This document shows positions 1 to 8,789 of a stretch of 45,284 bases of DNA, piece after piece. The first letter of the stretch is position 1. Each line of letters begins with the position of its first letter. Below the pieces are notes generated by a model. It ran no database searches. It worked only from the letters and a program-made list of their open reading frames with translations, and was not told where the DNA came from. The translations under genes were made by a program, and so were the position numbers. The DNA is from Syntrophus aciditrophicus (lineage in GTDB: Bacteria; Desulfobacterota; Syntrophia; Syntrophales; UBA5619): positions 1 through 45,284 of the forward strand of contig DYLD01000004.1 in NCBI GenBank assembly GCA_020722315.1, read 5' to 3'.

Positions 1-50
1 CCGGCCTGTCACGCCGGAGGCCGTGGGTTCAAGTCCCATCGACCCCGCCA
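1..50 (+). tRNA. tRNA-Asp(GTC), 5' part cut off by the window edge
   Basis: Anticodon stem CCGGC/GCCGG around loop CTGTCAC (GTC at 8-10), T arm GTGGG-TTCAAGT-CCCAT, discriminator G and encoded CCA ending at 50. Confidence 0.95.
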
Positions 51-98
51 AGAAAAGCAGGGGATCCGGAGATGAATCCGATCCCCTTTTCTTTTCTT
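51..98 (+). terminator. Rho-independent terminator after tRNA-Asp
   Basis: Stem GGGGATC(C)GGA / TCCGATCCCC (60-86) followed by TTTTCTTTTCTT, with an A-rich run on the 5' side. Confidence 0.8.
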
Positions 99-169
99 GG
101 GGAGGTTTCTATTCAATTTGTAAAAAGACCTGCAGACGGTTGTTTCTATTGCCGAATTAATGTAATTGC

Positions 170-1714
170 TTGAAAGGCTACCTCTTATTGTACAATAGCA
201 TGCTGACTGCTGCGTTGTCTGGTATTCTGCTGTTTTTCTCTTTTCCCAAATTTGGGAATGGCCTCGTTGCCTGGTTTGCGCTGGTTCCGCTATTTTTTGC
301 CTTAACTGGGGCGTCGCCTTCCAGAGCGTTTCAATTAGGTTTCATCACCGGCATGGTAACCCACACGGCGATCCTTTACTGGATTTCCTTTGTTGTGGTT
401 CAATACGGCCATCTTCCCCTTTATGCGGGCATCATTACGATGTTATTTCTTGCGGCCTACCTGAGTGTATATACAGGATGTTTTGCAGCCGGGCTTGTTT
501 TTTTACAGAAAAAAACGAAAGGATTCTTTCTGGCCGCTCCTTTGTTATGGTCTACGCTTGAATATATACGCTCCCAGATTTTTAGCGGTTTTCCGTGGGA
601 AAATCTTGCCTATTCACAGTATTTACATAAGAATATCATCCAATTAGCCGATATTACGGGAATTTACGGAATATCATTCGTAATTGTTTTGGTTAATTTC
701 GCCATTTTTGAAATCCTTAAAACAGGGATTAAGGATAGGCCGACGGCACGAAGAGGCTTCTATGCACTTGCTGTTGTCCTGCTTACGATTTTTTATGGTT
801 ATTTTAGGAATTCGGAGATCGAAGATACATTGAGTAAGGCGCCTTCCACTGAAGTGGTTCTCATTCAAGGTAATATCGACCAGAGCGTAAAATGGGATCC
901 TCGGTATCAGCAGCAGACAGTGGATATTTATGATTCTCTTTCCAAGGCTTCCGGCGTGAAAAGGGGAGGCCTCATCGTATGGCCGGAAACGGCTGCCCCT
1001 TTCTTTTTCGCGCAACCGGGACCGTTGCAGAAGAGGGTGATTGATGTAGCGATGAAATCAGGGGCATCATTACTTTTTGGATGCCCGCATTACGAAAAAA
1101 ATGGTTCCGAACTGCTCTATAGAAATAGCGCATTTCTGATCAATCCGGACGGAAAGGTTTCCGGTCGTTATGATAAGGTCCACCTTGTTCCTTATGGCGA
1201 GTATGTTCCGTTGAAGAGGTTTTTTCCCTTTATTGAAAAGTTGACGGCTGGAGTCGGAGATTTTCGCCCCGGCAGCGGTTTTATCCCTCTCGCAAACGGA
1301 AATCGGCGTTTGGGCGTGCTGATTTGTTATGAGGCTATTTTCCCGGAAGCGGCACGGGCATATAAGCGAAACAAGGCAGATCTTCTGGTCAATATCACGA
1401 ATGACGCATGGTTCGGAAAATCTTCAGCCCCGCATCAACATTTGTCGATGACGGTTTTCAGGGCAGTGGAGAACCGTCTTTATCTTGTGCGTGCCGCCAA
1501 TACCGGGATCAGTGCCTTTGTAGATCCGCTGGGTTCGATAAAGGCCCAAACCCCTTTATTTACAAAGGGTTTTTTGAAGGGTAAAACAAAATATATTGAC
1601 AAAAATACCTTTTATGCGGCATACGGAGACATATTTGTCTATCTCTGTTTTCTCTTGCTGGTCGCATACCCAATAATGATGAGAAGGAGAACCAAAAATG
1701 ATGGAAGAAATTGA
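170..1714 (+). CDS. lnt: Apolipoprotein N-acyltransferase
   Basis: Multi-TM N-terminus, GFPW, QGNI and nitrilase-fold triad motifs WPE, YDKVHLVPYGEY, ICYE; also TNDAWFG and RAANTGIS. Start codon uncertain. Confidence 0.95.
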   Translation: MKGYLLLYNSMLTAALSGILLFFSFPKFGNGLVAWFALVPLFFALTGASPSRAFQLGFITGMVTHTAILYWISFVVVQYGHLPLYAGIITMLFLAAYLSVYTGCFAAGLVFLQKKTKGFFLAAPLLWSTLEYIRSQIFSGFPWENLAYSQYLHKNIIQLADITGIYGISFVIVLVNFAIFEILKTGIKDRPTARRGFYALAVVLLTIFYGYFRNSEIEDTLSKAPSTEVVLIQGNIDQSVKWDPRYQQQTVDIYDSLSKASGVKRGGLIVWPETAAPFFFAQPGPLQKRVIDVAMKSGASLLFGCPHYEKNGSELLYRNSAFLINPDGKVSGRYDKVHLVPYGEYVPLKRFFPFIEKLTAGVGDFRPGSGFIPLANGNRRLGVLICYEAIFPEAARAYKRNKADLLVNITNDAWFGKSSAPHQHLSMTVFRAVENRLYLVRAANTGISAFVDPLGSIKAQTPLFTKGFLKGKTKYIDKNTFYAAYGDIFVYLCFLLLVAYPIMMRRRTKNDGRN

Positions 1715-2799
1715 TCAAAGAATAGCAGATTTGTCGCGGAGACTCGAAAAATTTGGAGAGTGTCTTTGACGTAGATGAAAAGGAAATCAGGATAAGAGAA
1801 CTGGACAAGGAAATTGAGAGGAACGGTTTCTGGAACGATCCTGGTAGGGCGACCGAACTGTTAAGGGAAAAAAGCAGACTTGCCGAAATTGTCGACAAAT
1901 GGCGAAGACAGAAAAATGATATCGAAGATTTGAAGGAGTTGGCCGCTATTGCCGGCTCGGAAAAAGACGATCAAACGCTGGCAGAAATAAATAATGAACT
2001 GATAAAGCATGATGCCGAGATTCGTGATGAAGAATTAAAGATCATGCTTGGTTCTGAACAGGACCCGATGAACGCCATTATGTCCATTCATGCCGGTGCA
2101 GGCGGTACCGAGGCACAGGATTGGGCGGAAATGCTGTTGCGCATGTATCTTCGCTGGGCAGAGCGAAAGAAGTTTGAAACAAAAATTATTGATTATCTGC
2201 CGGGGGATGAAGCAGGTCTTAAGAGCGTGTCATGGACCTTGCAAGGAAATTATGCATACGGGTATGCCAAGGCTGAAATCGGCATCCACAGACTTGTGAG
2301 GATTTCACCTTTTGATGCCAGTGCAAGGCGCCACACCTCTTTTGCCTCTGTATTCGTGTATCCCGAAGTCGATGATCGGATTGTTATTGAGATAGACGAA
2401 AAAGACCTCCGCATAGACACATACCGGTCCACCGGGGCCGGCGGTCAGCATGTCAATAAAACCGACTCCGCAGTCAGAATTACCCATATGCCAACCGGTA
2501 TCGTCGTGCAGTGTCAGAATGAACGTTCGCAGCACAAAAACAAGGCAATGGCGATGAAATATTTACGTTCCAGGCTCTATGAAATGAAGGTAAGGGAGCA
2601 GAACGAAAAACTTGCCGAGGTTAACAAGACAAAAAAGGATATCGGTTGGGGGAGCCAGATTCGTTCTTATATTCTGCACCCGTATAAATTGGTTAAAGAC
2701 CATCGTACAGAGCTCGAAACCGGAAATGTCAACCAGGTGCTCGACGGGGATATAGATCGGTTTATAGAGGCTTATTTGCTTCATCATCAAGATTCCTAA
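1698..2799 (+). CDS. prfB: Peptide chain release factor 2 with programmed +1 frameshift
   Basis: ATG at 1698 after AGGAG reads 23 codons to CTT TGA C (1764-1770); the +1 frame continues as ORF 1753..2799 with the SPF motif and GGQ. Confidence 0.96.
1755..1770 (+). promoter_or_regulatory. prfB autoregulatory frameshift site
   Basis: GGAGAG-TGT-CTT-TGA-C: internal SD-like motif 3 nt before the canonical CTT TGA C shift site. Confidence 0.93.
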
Positions 2800-2880
2800 C
2801 CCACAGGATTTCAAGAAGATTGACCCTATTAAAACCGAGTCGTAATGACATGAGATTCTTGTTGAAGGAGGGGTAAAAAA

Positions 2881-4869
2881 ATGGTTAGCGTAAATGGATT
2901 GAAGATGATTTTATCACCCTTTAGCCTCCTTTTTCTGGGTTGCTTTATGCTTTTTTCCTGTACCACCCTGAATATGAAGCCTGTGGATGACCGGCCCGGA
3001 AAGGATGCAAAATCTCAGATGGAAACCGCCCTGCCCCAGACTGCGAAAAGAGATGTTCCTTCGAGCGAAACAATTATAGAGTCAGCCAATAAAAACGGGG
3101 TTGAATCTGAGGATTCGCTGAACGAAAAAGCTCCTGTAACCAATGAAACCAAGCTTTCAGAAAACAAAGATACGCCTAAAGCAGTAGCACCTCCTGCCCC
3201 CAAACCGCTTTTGGAAACAGATCTTTTTCCTAAAGCCGAGCTCAGAAAGTCCTCTCCTTCTGACTCTGACGAAGAGCCTTACACCGAATTTGATTCGAAA
3301 GAAGATGAGAAAGAAGGAGACGTAACGGAAGAGGTGCTTGCTCTTCTTAAGGAATCGCATAACTACTGGATTAAAGGGGACTTAGATCGTGCACTTCAGA
3401 TGCTTGATCAGGCCTATGCGTTGGTACTCGATACCAATGGGAATCCCAAAATAGCGAGACAAAAAGACGACCTTCGCCTGATTATTGCCAAGAAAATTCT
3501 TGCGATTTTTAATTCGGTGCAGTCGCCCACCAAGGGAATGCGCGGGGAAATACCTTTAATAGCAAACGCAGATGTCGAAAAAGAGATCCGTTCGTTTCAA
3601 ACTTTAGAGCGTAATTTCTTTATTTCCGCCTATCAACGCTCCCTGATTTTGCGCCCGGTGATTTTAAGCGAATTAAAGAAAGCCGGTTTGCCTGATGAAC
3701 TTTCCTGGTTGCCCCTTGTCGAAAGCGGCTTTAAAACCAACGCCCTTTCATCGGCCAGGGCGTTGGGGCTCTGGCAGTTCATATCATCGACCAGCTATAA
3801 GTATGGGCTGAATCGTGATTACTGGATAGACGAAAGAATGGATATCGAAAAATCCACCAAGGCGGCTATTGCGTACCTGAAGGATCTGCATGCAATGTTT
3901 GGAGACTGGCTTACGGTTCTTGCCGCCTATAATTGCGGAGAAGGGAGAGTCATGCGGACCATTTCTTCGCAGCATATCAATTATCTCGACCGTTTCTGGG
4001 ATTTATACCACCTTCTACCCAACGAAACGGCAAGGTATGTCCCGCGTTTTCTTGCCACCCTTCTTATTGTTAAGGATTTGCAAAAATATGGGTTCGACAT
4101 GCTTTCGGAAAAACATGATTTAGCACTATCTGATTATGAAACAGTGCAGACAAACAGACCCATGCGCTTACGTGACATAGCGGCCAAACTGGAAACATCA
4201 GAAGAGATTCTTTGTCTTTTAAATGCGGAGCTCAGGTATAAAATAACGCCTGATAGACCTTACTACTTGAAGGTCCCGCGAGGTCTGGCTGAACATTTGG
4301 TTCGAGTGGTTGCCGAAATCCCGGAAGTCGAGCCTCCCCGGGCTTCTTATAAAACCGTGCGAGACGCATTTATAAAACACACGGTGCGGTCAGGCGAGAC
4401 ATTGGGGTCCATAGCAAGAAAATACAATACGTCCGTAAATGTCTTATGCTCAGCCAACAGATTATCCAAGAAAAAGACCATTTATGTCGGGCAAAGGTTG
4501 AAGATACCCTTCAGGCGCGGTAGCCAAACCACGTATACCCTCAAGAGGGCACCTACCCAGAACGTAAGCTTGTATAAGGTGAAGAAGGGTGATACCCTCT
4601 CTGCGATTTCCCGCGAATACGGCGTCTCTGTCGCACAGCTCAAAAAGATCAATAATCTTAAAAAAGATACTCTGGTGGTCGGGCAGATCATAAAAATTGT
4701 CGAAAAAACGAATACGGATAAAGCATCTGCGGTTTATACGGTTCAAAAAGGGGATAATCTCGCCGTGATAGCCAGAAAAAAGGGGGTTTCGCTGCAAAAA
4801 CTGTTATCATTGAACAAAATGTCTCTCAGCGATACAATCAAACCAGGTCAGGAAATTATTATTCAGTAA
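2881..4869 (+). CDS. MltD-like lytic murein transglycosylase with three LysM domains, probable lipoprotein
   Basis: Lipobox-like LFSC; SLT motifs VES, GLWQF, AAYNCG, ETARYVP; LysM repeats HTVRSGETL, YKVKKGDTL, YTVQKGDNL. Confidence 0.9.
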   Translation: MVSVNGLKMILSPFSLLFLGCFMLFSCTTLNMKPVDDRPGKDAKSQMETALPQTAKRDVPSSETIIESANKNGVESEDSLNEKAPVTNETKLSENKDTPKAVAPPAPKPLLETDLFPKAELRKSSPSDSDEEPYTEFDSKEDEKEGDVTEEVLALLKESHNYWIKGDLDRALQMLDQAYALVLDTNGNPKIARQKDDLRLIIAKKILAIFNSVQSPTKGMRGEIPLIANADVEKEIRSFQTLERNFFISAYQRSLILRPVILSELKKAGLPDELSWLPLVESGFKTNALSSARALGLWQFISSTSYKYGLNRDYWIDERMDIEKSTKAAIAYLKDLHAMFGDWLTVLAAYNCGEGRVMRTISSQHINYLDRFWDLYHLLPNETARYVPRFLATLLIVKDLQKYGFDMLSEKHDLALSDYETVQTNRPMRLRDIAAKLETSEEILCLLNAELRYKITPDRPYYLKVPRGLAEHLVRVVAEIPEVEPPRASYKTVRDAFIKHTVRSGETLGSIARKYNTSVNVLCSANRLSKKKTIYVGQRLKIPFRRGSQTTYTLKRAPTQNVSLYKVKKGDTLSAISREYGVSVAQLKKINNLKKDTLVVGQIIKIVEKTNTDKASAVYTVQKGDNLAVIARKKGVSLQKLLSLNKMSLSDTIKPGQEIIIQ

Positions 4870-5314
4870 GATGATAGTTTCTCAAACGGGAGAAAAGCCG
4901 CTGTTCCATTTCCCTCATACGCTGGATCTCTTCTTCCGTAGTATTTTCATGGTTGTAGCCAATCAGGTGTAAGAGGCCATGGATCAACAGAAAATCCATT
5001 TCTTCATCGAGCTGAAGTCCGGATGCCTCTGCATCACGAGAGGCTGTCTCGACGGATATGACAATATCGCCTAATATTTCAGGATGGATATCACCCGAAG
5101 CTCCTTCCGTCATAGCGAAGGAAAGGACATTGGTTGGTCGATTCCTTTGCAGGTAAGTCTGGTTTATCTCCCGTATTTGTTCGTCATCTACGATAAGTAC
5201 ACTTATTTCGTGATTTTCAAGATGCAACTCCTTGAGCAGCTTGTTCAAATCCCTGCGGACTTTACCTGTATTGATTTTTTCTTTTTTCTGGATGTTACGG
5301 ATCAAGACGGTCAT
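4859..5314 (-). CDS. ybeY: rRNA maturation endoribonuclease YbeY
   Basis: PTNVLSF, LGDIVIS and metal-binding HGLLHLIGYNH. Confidence 0.95.
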   Translation of the reverse strand: MTVLIRNIQKKEKINTGKVRRDLNKLLKELHLENHEISVLIVDDEQIREINQTYLQRNRPTNVLSFAMTEGASGDIHPEILGDIVISVETASRDAEASGLQLDEEMDFLLIHGLLHLIGYNHENTTEEEIQRMREMEQRLFSRLRNYHLTE

Positions 5315-5426
5315 CAGCTACGCCTTTTTTGTTTTGATTGATCAAAACCATTATTAGCCGCTACCGGAGAGAAAAACCTGGTTTTATGCATGTTTTTTCT
5401 GTCGATTCATCAAACAAAGGAAAATA

Positions 5427-6413
5427 CTATTTTTTGTGGTCTAAATTGTTGTAAGCCCTAATAACCTCCTGCACAAGAGGATGACGGACGACGTCGAGTT
5501 CGGAAAAATGAATAAAACGTATTCCCTTTATCCGGCTCAAGAGCTTCTTTGCTTCAATAAGTCCTGATACCCTGTCCGGCGGGAGGTCTATCTGGGTTAT
5601 ATCCCCTGTAACAACAGCTTTTGATCCATAGCCGAGTCTTGTTAGAAACATTTTCATTTGTTCGGAGGTTGTATTTTGTGCCTCGTCGAGAATCACAAAT
5701 GAATCATTCAGGGTACGTCCTCTCATGAAGGCAAGAGGTGTTACCTCGATAATTCCTTTGTGTATAAGAGAAGAAGCTCTGTCGAAATCCATCATATCAA
5801 AAAGGGCGTCGTAAAGAGGGCGAAGATACGGATTAACCTTTTCGGCAAGGTCGCCAGGCAGAAATCCTAGTTTTTCTCCCGCCTCCACAGCGGGTCTCGC
5901 CAGCGAAATCCGGCTCACCCTTTTTTCCATTAATGCCGAAACAGCCATCGCCATGGCCAGGTACGTTTTACCGGTTCCAGCGGGTCCTATGCCGAAGACC
6001 ATGTCCGATGTCCTGATTGCGTCTATATAACTTTTCTGGGATATGCTTTTTGGGGTGATGATATGTTTTTTTGATGATATCAGTATCGTGTCAAGAAAGA
6101 TGTGTGCCAGATCCGCATTGGGATTTTCTGAGAGTATTTTGTACGCCTGCTCTATATCCACGAGAAGAAGGGGATGGCCCTTTGTCGTTATTTCATATAG
6201 TTGAAAGAGGAGATTTTTGGCCTGCCGGACAAAGTGTTGATTTCCGCGTACAGATACGAGATTGCCGCGTACCGAAATATGCACGGCCGCAAGCTTTTCA
6301 ATTAGACTGATATTCTTGTCATGTTCCCCGCATAGAATTCGAAGCGAATCATTGTCGGTGAAATCTATTTTTTCGATTATTTCCTGTTCTGACGTATTCT
6401 TTTTCAAATTCAA
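5427..6413 (-). CDS. phoH: PhoH-family ATPase (YbeZ-like)
   Basis: [41 protein letters not shown]; lies upstream of ybeY. Confidence 0.93.
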   Translation of the reverse strand: MNLKKNTSEQEIIEKIDFTDNDSLRILCGEHDKNISLIEKLAAVHISVRGNLVSVRGNQHFVRQAKNLLFQLYEITTKGHPLLLVDIEQAYKILSENPNADLAHIFLDTILISSKKHIITPKSISQKSYIDAIRTSDMVFGIGPAGTGKTYLAMAMAVSALMEKRVSRISLARPAVEAGEKLGFLPGDLAEKVNPYLRPLYDALFDMMDFDRASSLIHKGIIEVTPLAFMRGRTLNDSFVILDEAQNTTSEQMKMFLTRLGYGSKAVVTGDITQIDLPPDRVSGLIEAKKLLSRIKGIRFIHFSELDVVRHPLVQEVIRAYNNLDHKK

Positions 6414-6484
6414 ACGTCTCCCCGGCTTTACGTTTCTGCGGTACCGGATGCGGGCCTTACTGAGCCGGCTGTTGAAATAAAACC

Positions 6485-6838
6485 TTATTTTTCATCTGGG
6501 TATTTCTTACGCAATTTAAAGTAACCGCGAATTTTGAAGAACGTGAAGCAGATTCCGACACTGCTCAGCAAAATAAGAAAGCTTGCAGAGAAGAAAAACA
6601 TTATAAAATCCAGCGGATTTTTTAATGAGTAGGCTCCCAGCAGTGTTTCTATTCCAAAAAAAAGAAAAAAAAGGGACGTTATTCCTATCCCGACGGTTTT
6701 GAACCACCACAACCCTTTGCCGGTGGGGACCGTATTTCGACGTCCTGATGACATTCCAAGGTTTTCCTCAAGCGTGTCGAAATCCGCGGGAGATATCGTT
6801 TTGTGGCTGTTTGGATTTTTGCTGAACATTGGTTTCAA
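6485..6838 (-). CDS. Hypothetical small membrane protein with two predicted TM helices
   Basis: Fills the gap between the ncRNA and phoH; two Phe-rich hydrophobic stretches and a basic C-terminal tail. Start codon uncertain. Confidence 0.6.
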   Translation of the reverse strand: MKPMFSKNPNSHKTISPADFDTLEENLGMSSGRRNTVPTGKGLWWFKTVGIGITSLFFLFFGIETLLGAYSLKNPLDFIMFFFSASFLILLSSVGICFTFFKIRGYFKLRKKYPDEK

Positions 6839-6848
6839 TAAGGTCTGG

Positions 6849-7022
6849 AAAAAAGTGACGACGGAAATCCACTTATGCCGTTCTGTCGTTGCGCTGGAAA
6901 GTCAATAACCAGCAAAGTTGGCCCTTACCAATGCCGAAGCACTACAGGGTCCTGTCGCTCTTTTAGTGTTGCAATCCAGCAGTCTGACGGGGTAACGAAC
7001 ACAGCAGATCCGTCGTCACCTC
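6849..7022 (-). ncRNA. ssrS: Rod-shaped ~170-nt RNA, probable 6S RNA
   Basis: Terminal 11-bp inverted repeat (6855-6865/7009-7019) extends through GAUCUGCU/AGUGGAUU and the 6S-like UGUGUUCGUU/AACGGCAUA; GCUGGA/UCCAGC closes a central bubble; apical stem with cUUCGg loop; U6 tract at the 3' end. Confidence 0.72.
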
Positions 7023-7023
7023 T

Positions 7024-7052
7024 CATATACTAATATTAAAAAGGCGTGTCAA
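7024..7052 (-). promoter_or_regulatory. Sigma70-type promoter for the ncRNA
   Basis: TTGACA (7052-7047), 17 nt spacer, TATATG (7029-7024), just upstream of the closing stem. Confidence 0.6.
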
Positions 7053-7062
7053 GCATCTTTAA

Positions 7063-8460
7063 CTATGAATGACTGCGCCGGGTCCTTTGTTTTAATTCTT
7101 GATAAGTTTCTACCGTCAGAGATTTGCTTCGACAGGCAAGCAGCGTATTATTTTGGAACAGAGGCTCCTCCGCAATGGGATAGGGGGAGGATGCCACAGC
7201 TTCAGGCCACAGTGTGGTTTGCGGGATTGGTGAATATTCTGCCAGAATGGGACGCGCCCCAAATGATTGTACATATCGTATGCTTTCAGCGATTTCATCC
7301 GCGGGCTGTCCGGGTAGACCACATAAAAGGTAAATGCCTATATCATCGGAGGCATAGCCGGCCTTTTGGAGATTTTTTACAGCCTCCACAAACTCCTCAT
7401 TATTGACCTTTGCGCCCGTCTGTTTCTGTCTGAGTAGATTTGAGGTTTCAAAACCAAACCGAATCGTCTTAAAGCCCGCCTTATGCATCAGCATAGCTAT
7501 TTCTTCGCTGACTTCTCTTATGTGCAGACCGTTTGGGCAGTGAAAGTGCAAAGGGAGATTCCTTTTAATGATCTCTTTCAACATCGGGACCGCCATTTCT
7601 TGCGAGTCGACAAGCAGCGCGTCATCATAAAAAGAGAAATTCCTTATCCCGTAACGCAGGTACCAGTGTTCTATCTCATCGACGACATGACCGGGATTTC
7701 TTCGCTGAAATTTTGGGTGCAAAAGATATGAGGCGCAGTAACTGCATCTGTACGGACAACCCCAAGATGTCATGATCGGTAAACTTCCAGGTTTCTTGAG
7801 AAGGTCAAAAGAAGGGTAGGGGTATGAATCAAGATCGTCGGGGTCCGGAAGGATCTGGATATCAATCTTCAGGAGTTCTTTCAAAAGGGGGGGAACGGAG
7901 ACCTCACCTGCGCCGGGCAGTAAAAAATCAGCCCCTGATTTTGCTGCATGTTCCAAACATAATGACACGTAATTCCCTCCGATTACGACAGGAACTCCCG
8001 GATACACATGCCTTACGAAAGATATGGTATCAAATAGACCCGGGTACCAGTATGTCATCATCGCACTTATCAAGATTGCGTCCGGCCTTGGAATCTTTTT
8101 GAATCTGTTAAGCAGGATATTGGCGGTGAGGCCGTAACGATAAAAATTTCTGGGAATATCTTTCAAGGCCAGAGGCTTTTTGATCTTTTGTTTTGCGTAG
8201 GAACCATCTCCGTCAGGTTTTCTCTTTCCCATATGAATATTAGGTTCAAAAAGCATCGCGGGATCGTCTTCCAGAAAGTCAATAAATGTAACATTGATCC
8301 CGTTGCGGCGCAGAATTGAGGCAAGATAGAGAAGCCCCAGCGGCTTATACCAAAGGTCGTAGGCGGCGAAATCATGGATCCACGGGTTGATTAACAGGAC
8401 GCTTGGTTTCATGGGTGTTTTTTCTATCACATCCCGATATACGCCGCAATATCCAGTCAT
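7063..8460 (-). CDS. Cobalamin-binding radical SAM protein
   Basis: N-terminal B12-binding-like domain (LLINP, PLGLLYLAS, GGNYVS), CPYRCSYC, FYDD, GFET. True start may be the Met near residue 17. Confidence 0.88.
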   Translation of the reverse strand: MTGYCGVYRDVIEKTPMKPSVLLINPWIHDFAAYDLWYKPLGLLYLASILRRNGINVTFIDFLEDDPAMLFEPNIHMGKRKPDGDGSYAKQKIKKPLALKDIPRNFYRYGLTANILLNRFKKIPRPDAILISAMMTYWYPGLFDTISFVRHVYPGVPVVIGGNYVSLCLEHAAKSGADFLLPGAGEVSVPPLLKELLKIDIQILPDPDDLDSYPYPSFDLLKKPGSLPIMTSWGCPYRCSYCASYLLHPKFQRRNPGHVVDEIEHWYLRYGIRNFSFYDDALLVDSQEMAVPMLKEIIKRNLPLHFHCPNGLHIREVSEEIAMLMHKAGFKTIRFGFETSNLLRQKQTGAKVNNEEFVEAVKNLQKAGYASDDIGIYLLCGLPGQPADEIAESIRYVQSFGARPILAEYSPIPQTTLWPEAVASSPYPIAEEPLFQNNTLLACRSKSLTVETYQELKQRTRRSHS

Positions 8461-8789
8461 TTATCCATCAATGGAGATAGGCAATAAAAAGTGCGGAATT
8501 CGTTGTAAATACCCTTGGGTGTTGGTCCTTCGGAAAATAAACTATTGGGAGATATTATACAGTCTAACTTGTTGTAATGTATGATTGTCCTCTTTGTCTT
8601 CTTTCTGAGTATTATACAGTTCAATTATATTGACAAAATGTCAACATTATGTAAGGATAATAACCAAAGTTTTTTTAGAACCGGTTTATCCTAATTAATT
8701 TTGCTTGTGATGTTCTCTTGCCGGAGAGGTTTTTGATAGCGTTGACGATCTTTTGTCGATTTCCCCTTTTTTGAAGAGGTGGTTCAACG

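Noticed and set aside
51-169. tRNA 3' end as a possible island integration site
   Set aside because: Followed by a terminator and core gene lnt; no integrase or duplicated tRNA 3' end seen
6699-6908. 69-aa plus-strand ORF
   Set aside because: Antisense to both the membrane-protein gene and the structured RNA
8630-8657. TTATGTAAGG resembling a XerD arm
   Set aside because: No ATAA-ending XerC arm at 6-bp spacing; the site at 35794 fits far better
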